This document shows, piece after piece, positions 58,343 through 64,000 of a stretch of 64,000 nucleotides of DNA; the first letter of the stretch is position 1; the number at the start of each line of letters is the position of its first letter. The stretch is taken from positions 21,921 through 85,920 of the forward strand of contig CALXGQ010000008.1 of NCBI GenBank assembly GCA_944387895.1. The letters are read 5' to 3'. The stretch comes from an uncultured Clostridia bacterium (GTDB taxonomy: Bacteria > Bacillota > Clostridia > Oscillospirales > QAKW01). Under the pieces are notes generated by a model, which saw nothing but the letters and a program-made list of their open reading frames with translations, was not told the DNA's origin and did no database searches. Position numbers and translations under genes: made by a program.

Positions 58343-59731
58343 TTAACCGGACTTCTTCTCGAGCAGCTTGAACACCAGGAACACCAGACCGATGATGCCC
58401 AAAATTACTCCGAAGAACACCCACGATGCGGCGGCCGCTGAGCCGAAGTCAAAGGTCGAGTTGAGATACTTGTCGATTTCCTTCAACACGGCATTATCCG
58501 TATCGCTGAAGGTATCGACGATCGTATAGACAATATTTACCAGGATGATCGGCGCCACATTGGGGAAGGTGATCAGCCAGAAGGTTTCCCATGCGGATGC
58601 ACCTTCAACGTCGCTTGCCTCATAAAGCGACGGAGAAATACTCTGCAATGCAGCAAGGAACAGCAGAATCTGGATACCGGAATCCCAGACAACATCAAAG
58701 ATCCGATCGGCGACCAGCGTCATATATTCTGTCATCTGATCGCCAAGGCCAAGCGATGTCAGAAATTCGGTCGCGTCCGCTACTTCAAACAACACGCCGT
58801 TGCTGACTTCACCTTCAAGCACCGCATTGGCATCGCTGGTTGAATTGAAGGTGGTCATAACCACGCCGGTGGTAACGATAACAGGCAGGAAAAAGATACC
58901 CCGAACAAGGCCGCGGCCGGGAAACTTTCGATTCAGCAGCACGGCAACAAAAAGGCTGAAAATCAGGATAACCGGCACATTGACCAGCAGATCGGTAAAG
59001 GTATCAGCCAGCGCCTGCGCATAAGATGCGCCGCTGGTCAAAAGCTCTTTATAATTGTTGAGCCCGACCCAGGTGCAGGCATAGTTATCAAACACCGAAA
59101 CTTCAGAAAAGGAGAACCGCAGGGACTGGAAGCACGGAACGGCAAAAAACATAAGGAATCCGATAAACCAGGGCAAAACAAACATAAAACCGGTGAATGC
59201 CTGCTTGGATTCATAGGAGATAGCGCGTTTTTTCTTGCCGGGCTTCTCGACAGCCGGAAGTTTCTGGCCGCTCTTTTTGGCAAGCTTACGCTCCTCGATT
59301 TCAGCCAGACGCTGATCCCGCTCTTTTTTGGCCGCCCGATTTTGCCGGACAGCCTCCAGCTGTTCCGGCGTCAGATGAGAAAGCTGATCGACGATGCGTG
59401 CTTTCTGCTCCTCGCTGAGCTGCTTCTTTTCGATTTCTTCCTGACGCAGCCGGGCCGCTTCCTCTTCGGCAGCGATCCGGGCAGCTTCTTCCGCCGCCGC
59501 TTTTGCTGCTTTTGCAGCACGCAAAGCAGCGATCTGTTCGGCGGAGAGCTGGGAAAGGCGGTCGCGAGCAATCTGCTGCGCACGCTTGGGATCCTGCTTG
59601 GAAAGAATCGAAGCAATCTCCGTATTGCTGCGCTCGACAGGTTTTTCCGCTTCGGCAGGTTCGGCGGTTTCATTCACCTCGACCTGAGCTTCCAAAGCTT
59701 CCTGATTCAAGTCTTTTTTCTTTTTGCTCAT
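58343..59731 (-). CDS. carbohydrate ABC transporter permease (MalF-like) with a long charged N-terminal extension
   Basis: FVLPWFIGF, RGIFFLPVI and SLYEASDVEGASAWETFW; about 170 aa of Ala/Glu/Lys-rich sequence at the N-terminus. Confidence 0.9.
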   Translation of the reverse strand: MSKKKKDLNQEALEAQVEVNETAEPAEAEKPVERSNTEIASILSKQDPKRAQQIARDRLSQLSAEQIAALRAAKAAKAAAEEAARIAAEEEAARLRQEEIEKKQLSEEQKARIVDQLSHLTPEQLEAVRQNRAAKKERDQRLAEIEERKLAKKSGQKLPAVEKPGKKKRAISYESKQAFTGFMFVLPWFIGFLMFFAVPCFQSLRFSFSEVSVFDNYACTWVGLNNYKELLTSGASYAQALADTFTDLLVNVPVILIFSLFVAVLLNRKFPGRGLVRGIFFLPVIVTTGVVMTTFNSTSDANAVLEGEVSNGVLFEVADATEFLTSLGLGDQMTEYMTLVADRIFDVVWDSGIQILLFLAALQSISPSLYEASDVEGASAWETFWLITFPNVAPIILVNIVYTIVDTFSDTDNAVLKEIDKYLNSTFDFGSAAAASWVFFGVILGIIGLVFLVFKLLEKKSG

Positions 59732-61965
59732 GCGTTTCCACCCCCTACCACAGTAAAGTCATTTGCGGCTATCGTTACGCCGTTGACAATCACCTCGGAA
59801 ACCCCGTAATTCACATAGACCTGCGCTCCATTGGAGAAGGTTGTAATTCTAACATCTTCGGAGAAGATTTGATGATCGGTAATCGTGCTGCTTCCTACCG
59901 CATCATAAACGGGCTTCAGACGATTGTATTTTGCGATCATCTCATCATAGTGATCATCCACCGCACAGGCGTAAGAGGAAGTAAATTCCGTATCCTGGAA
60001 GGAAGTGGAATCCGCATCCATCAGCAGATAGTAAAGGCTCATTCCGGTTTCTGCCAGCCTCAGAATCAGATCATCCTGCTCGGAATTCAGATTGAAGGGT
60101 TCCGAAGCAAGATTGACATACCCGCGGAAAACGATCTGATAGAACGGTACTTCCTGCTCCGCTATATTGTTGTGGCTTCCGAAGACCGGCGCCTCCAAAA
60201 TGTTGTCGACATAGGGAGCGGCATACCCATTTCCGCCGTTGGTATTGACAATCCCATCGGCTCCTGCAGCTTCTTTGGCTTTCTGGTAAACCTGAGCCAT
60301 ATAAGCAGCGGACTCATCACGGGTAGAAACATTCTGCAAATTGTATGCGCAATACAGCGTTGAACCAATAGAGCCAAAGGAGAAATTCTTCACATTCCAC
60401 TTCAGCGCGTTGTTTATGAATTCTTCCGCATATTCCGGCATATACCGGGGATGAATCAACTGATAAGCGATACTGGTCTTATCCAGAGAACCGGCGGCGG
60501 AAATTCTTTCCTTGTAAATCGTTACAGGAGAAGAATCCAGACCGTAGGCGGTGTTCTTGAACTTCTTGACATCGGAATTACCGCCATAAAATGCCTGCAA
60601 ATCGACGTCGAAGGAAAGGTTGTAGTTCTCAATACCGTTCACCGTATCAATCAGGCTTTGCAGATCTTTTTTGCCACCCAGAACAGAATTGGCGGAAAAT
60701 TTCGTTTTCATCGTTGTTTCAAGACCGCCGGGCGCCCAGCCCAGATAATTGATATAGGCCTTGCTCACCTCGTCGGTCTGGAGCCGTCCGACCAGCTCTT
60801 CCGCTTCGGAATAGGAAGTCAGCTCATCATTGCCGGTATACGGTATTCCCAAAAAGTGCTTTGACTTTTTTACGGAACCATACAGCGTTACGCACAAGGC
60901 GTTGGAAATAGATTCGTTTACCTTATCCATCCCATCTTCTTCAATCAGATATTCCCGATATTTCTCGGCCATACCAACATAAGAGGCATCGTCACCATCC
61001 AGAAAATACAGACGGGAAATATAATTTTCGGGAAGATCATCAGAATAATAAGAACCGGTTCCGCTGATGCCGGTCGCATTCCGGCGGTTCTGGGTATCGC
61101 GGACATTGACGCAGGTATACATCGTATTATAGCTGTTTTTATAATTGCTGATGTATCCGCGAACCTCGCTGACAGCCGCGCCGCTTTCAATGACATTCAG
61201 ATATGCCTCACCGTTTTTCACCATGCCGTAGACAGGCAGCCGCAGCGCCTCGTTCCAGTTGGTGAAATATGCCTGATCGGCCACTTCGGTGGGGTTGTTG
61301 TCGTAAAAATGGCCTTCGTCCTCGGCGCCGAACTCATAAGAGTTCAAAACGCCGCGGTTGAATTCCATGAGAGAGCCGGTGCCGTCCGTCAGCAGACCGT
61401 AGCCGGTATCGTTCAGGCCGGCCGCGCCGAACATCTGATAGAGCTTGACATAAAGAACGCGGCTTTCGCCCAGCTCCTTGATCTTATCGATCATCAGCTC
61501 GACACGAACGTAATCTTCCTCCAGAGAGAGTTTGACCGGAATCGTAAAGTTGGTAGATGTGCTCTTGAAATAATAGGTCATGATCCAGTCGTCGCCCTGA
61601 CGCTCCGTAATGAGAGAAGCCTCATTGGACAAGATGGTCAGCGAGCTGAAATTATTGGTAAGATAACGCACGGTCATCTTGGAGGTCAGCTCATCGCGGG
61701 TTTCGCCCTGTGCCTTGGTATCAGATTCCCAATCCAGAGGCGTTGAATACCAGACCGATCCCGTCTTCATGTTCATCACGGCGAAATCTCCGGTGTTGCT
61801 GTCGATGTAAAGCGCCAGATTGGCGTTTTCATCGGCCAGGGTATAGTTTCCGGCAACATCCAACTGCGCCGGCGCGGCAGATACCGGAAACGGGATCACC
61901 GTTACGCAGGAGAGGAACAGGACCAACGATAAAATAATGGATATTGTTTTTTTCATCGGTTTCAT
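59728..61965 (-). CDS. secreted DUF5696-like protein (GH-like barrel)
   Basis: Signal peptide; LPVYG, YVGMAEKYREYL, VPFYQIVFRG and VYVNYG; context matches the NHL-Yip1-DUF5696-permease cluster. Confidence 0.72.
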   Translation of the reverse strand: MKPMKKTISIILSLVLFLSCVTVIPFPVSAAPAQLDVAGNYTLADENANLALYIDSNTGDFAVMNMKTGSVWYSTPLDWESDTKAQGETRDELTSKMTVRYLTNNFSSLTILSNEASLITERQGDDWIMTYYFKSTSTNFTIPVKLSLEEDYVRVELMIDKIKELGESRVLYVKLYQMFGAAGLNDTGYGLLTDGTGSLMEFNRGVLNSYEFGAEDEGHFYDNNPTEVADQAYFTNWNEALRLPVYGMVKNGEAYLNVIESGAAVSEVRGYISNYKNSYNTMYTCVNVRDTQNRRNATGISGTGSYYSDDLPENYISRLYFLDGDDASYVGMAEKYREYLIEEDGMDKVNESISNALCVTLYGSVKKSKHFLGIPYTGNDELTSYSEAEELVGRLQTDEVSKAYINYLGWAPGGLETTMKTKFSANSVLGGKKDLQSLIDTVNGIENYNLSFDVDLQAFYGGNSDVKKFKNTAYGLDSSPVTIYKERISAAGSLDKTSIAYQLIHPRYMPEYAEEFINNALKWNVKNFSFGSIGSTLYCAYNLQNVSTRDESAAYMAQVYQKAKEAAGADGIVNTNGGNGYAAPYVDNILEAPVFGSHNNIAEQEVPFYQIVFRGYVNLASEPFNLNSEQDDLILRLAETGMSLYYLLMDADSTSFQDTEFTSSYACAVDDHYDEMIAKYNRLKPVYDAVGSSTITDHQIFSEDVRITTFSNGAQVYVNYGVSEVIVNGVTIAANDFTVVGGGNA

Positions 61966-61974
61966 CCCCTCCTT

Positions 61975-62658
61975 TTACGACAAGAGCCTCATGCGGCACT
62001 CGGTATAAATCGTTAATATGAACACATAAAGCTGCTGCATCAGCACAACAAACAGGAACATCAGGAAGAAGATGACCGCCATCGCTACAAGGGATGCAAT
62101 AGCATTGAGAAACGTACCCCAGAAGGTGTAGTTGTGAATCACCATCAATCCGTAGAACATCAGGATTATAAACCAGATCTGCACGCACACCCCCGCTATG
62201 GTGACAAAGGTATATTCATCTTCCACAAGAAACCGGGAAAAAATGGTGCTGATGATGTTGTATCCGATCAGCGGGGTGAGATTATAGCAGATCATGATAT
62301 AGATATCCACCATGCGTCCCTCGCCGTTGAGAAGCGTACACAACGACCAGTTTCCTACTACAAACAGAAGCACCAGCAAACCTGAAGTACACAGGACGAT
62401 CAGGATGTTGAAATCCTTGATGCGGAGCGTGGAAAAAATAAATCCGGTGGCGACTTCCTGAATGATAGCGGAAACCGAAAATGCAATCAACAGAAGCGTG
62501 GCGTAAATTGTGGATCCGTTTTTCTTGTATTTTAAATCTTCCATGGTTTCAACCGGATGATTGATCATCAAAAACGGATTCTTCTTTCCTTCAAGAAAAC
62601 GTGCATAAAAGGCTTTGAGAAAAATGTATAGGTTACTCCATAATTTCTGCATCGTCAT
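61975..62658 (-). CDS. Yip1-family membrane protein
   Basis: HPVETMEDLK, GNWSLCTLLNGEG, about 5 TM helices; GGAGGT RBS before ATG 62658. Confidence 0.8.
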   Translation of the reverse strand: MTMQKLWSNLYIFLKAFYARFLEGKKNPFLMINHPVETMEDLKYKKNGSTIYATLLLIAFSVSAIIQEVATGFIFSTLRIKDFNILIVLCTSGLLVLLFVVGNWSLCTLLNGEGRMVDIYIMICYNLTPLIGYNIISTIFSRFLVEDEYTFVTIAGVCVQIWFIILMFYGLMVIHNYTFWGTFLNAIASLVAMAVIFFLMFLFVVLMQQLYVFILTIYTECRMRLLS

Positions 62659-64000
62659 GATCTCCACCTCCTTGCTTCTTCTCTTTGATTGCGGCAATGA
62701 TCTTTTTGCCGAAGATCCTCCATAGTATCAGCAGGAGGATCAATACCACCAGCGACGTCATAATGAGATTGAAATGATCTGATATGACCGATTCCCGATA
62801 CAGGGAGAAGGCGTCCTGATAATTCATTCTATCGTTCGCGATCTTAAAATGATTCAGCGCCGATTCATAGTCGCCGTATTGATAATAGACCTTTCCAAGA
62901 CCGATATGCGCCAGTTCACAGTTTGCGTTACTCTTGAGTACCTCGACCCAGTAGTCCGCAGCATCCGTATACAGCCCCTGATCATAGAGAACGATCGCTT
63001 CATGCAGGATCGTGCCGTAGTCGGTCAAGTCAAAGACGGTGACGGATCCGAAATAACCATCCAACACCAGCGTTTTCTTACCAAGCTTCGCTATGGCTGT
63101 CGGCGACTGGAAGAAGCCTTCCTGCTTTCCTTTTCCGCCATAAACAAAGGTCAGGTTTCCTTCGGGGTCATATTCAAATATCTTACTGAGGTTGCTGTCC
63201 ATCAGCGTAATGAATCCATCTTCATCAACGCAGAGATCGGTAAAAATATTGCCCTGAGTCTTTGTGGCCCGGCGGACAAGGTCGCCGTAGGTTCTGGAAA
63301 GAGTGGTATTGACCTTCTGCGTACTCTTGGCCGTTGGATCAAGAATATTGTTGCCGAGGAAGTTCATCTTCATCAACTGGTCGGTATTCTCCTCGCCTGC
63401 CGCCGCGATGACCGCATAGACAAAGCCGTATTCATCAACGACCAGATTTTCAAACTCCGTTGGCACGAAGGTAATAAAGGTGTCGTCTGCATCCTTGCCC
63501 AGCAGAGAACGGTATACCTTTCTCCAGGCAAGGGTAACCAGATCACTCAGCGAAAGCTGCACGTCGGGAGCGCCGAAATAACGCAGGAAGGAGCCGTTGG
63601 AATCAAATTCCATAATACCGTCCAGCGCGCCGCTGCATATTACATAAAGCGACATATTTTTCGCAATGGCAATCTTCGTAGGCTTGAAATCGCCGGTAAA
63701 AAGATCAGAGTCGGGCGCACCGATCGTCTGGATGATTTTTCCGCTCTTATCTTTGTCCAGCTTCAGCACCTGACGGTTTCCGGTATCACAGATATAAATA
63801 TATCCGTCCTTATCGACAACAACGCCTTCCGGCAGATTCATATAATAATCATGACCATTGGCAGAAAGGGTCGTAAGGGTTTTGATCAGCTTGAAGTTGG
63901 AATCAAAAATATGAAGGCGCACTTCACTTTCGCTTCCGTAATAGTCCAGAATGTAGATCTCATTCTGAGGGCTGACGTAAATGTCGACAGCATTTGTCAG
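62633..64000 (-). CDS. NHL-repeat beta-propeller plus TPR membrane protein, 5' end off the window
   Basis: PEGVVVDKDGYIYICDTGN, FKPTKIA, TPR AHIGLGKVYY and a C-terminal TM helix; the frame stays open to the window edge. Confidence 0.85.
   Translation of the reverse strand: MTNAVDIYVSPQNEIYILDYYGSESEVRLHIFDSNFKLIKTLTTLSANGHDYYMNLPEGVVVDKDGYIYICDTGNRQVLKLDKDKSGKIIQTIGAPDSDLFTGDFKPTKIAIAKNMSLYVICSGALDGIMEFDSNGSFLRYFGAPDVQLSLSDLVTLAWRKVYRSLLGKDADDTFITFVPTEFENLVVDEYGFVYAVIAAAGEENTDQLMKMNFLGNNILDPTAKSTQKVNTTLSRTYGDLVRRATKTQGNIFTDLCVDEDGFITLMDSNLSKIFEYDPEGNLTFVYGGKGKQEGFFQSPTAIAKLGKKTLVLDGYFGSVTVFDLTDYGTILHEAIVLYDQGLYTDAADYWVEVLKSNANCELAHIGLGKVYYQYGDYESALNHFKIANDRMNYQDAFSLYRESVISDHFNLIMTSLVVLILLLILWRIFGKKIIAAIKEKKQGGGDHDDAEIME

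Overview
Chromosomal backbone of a moderately GC-rich, spore-forming Clostridia-class Firmicute (Oscillospirales/Ruminococcaceae-like, inferred from gene content and order); most genes are on the minus strand. In order: the yicC-remA-gmk-rpoZ-priA-def-fmt-rsmB-rlmN-stp-pknB-rsgA-thiN operon; a sigmaE-type cwlJ plus GerQ-like pair; uvrBA, radA, cwlD, mutY and spoIIE (with a Spo0A box); mltG-DUF4091-ychF; a divergent nitrogen cluster (glnA-like, ANTAR regulator, pyrG, purB, purA on minus; GSIII, asnB, nadE on plus); spoIIM-xerD with dif-like XerD arms upstream; queA-tgt-yajC; dapA; a polyamine operon (speA-speE-speB-CASDH-nspC) with a ~400-nt structured attenuator leader and a coupled TPR-DUF4037 pair; tRNA-Leu(CAA); and the end of an NHL/Yip1/DUF5696 carbohydrate ABC cluster. 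No prophage, intact IS or CRISPR array was seen. Best candidate for an undescribed system: a degenerate glutamine-synthetase-like protein paired with a pseudo-receiver ANTAR antiterminator, with ANTAR-type hairpin/terminator switches in both divergent leaders. All calls come from motif recognition by eye, and reference motifs are recalled from memory; no database search or folding program was run.
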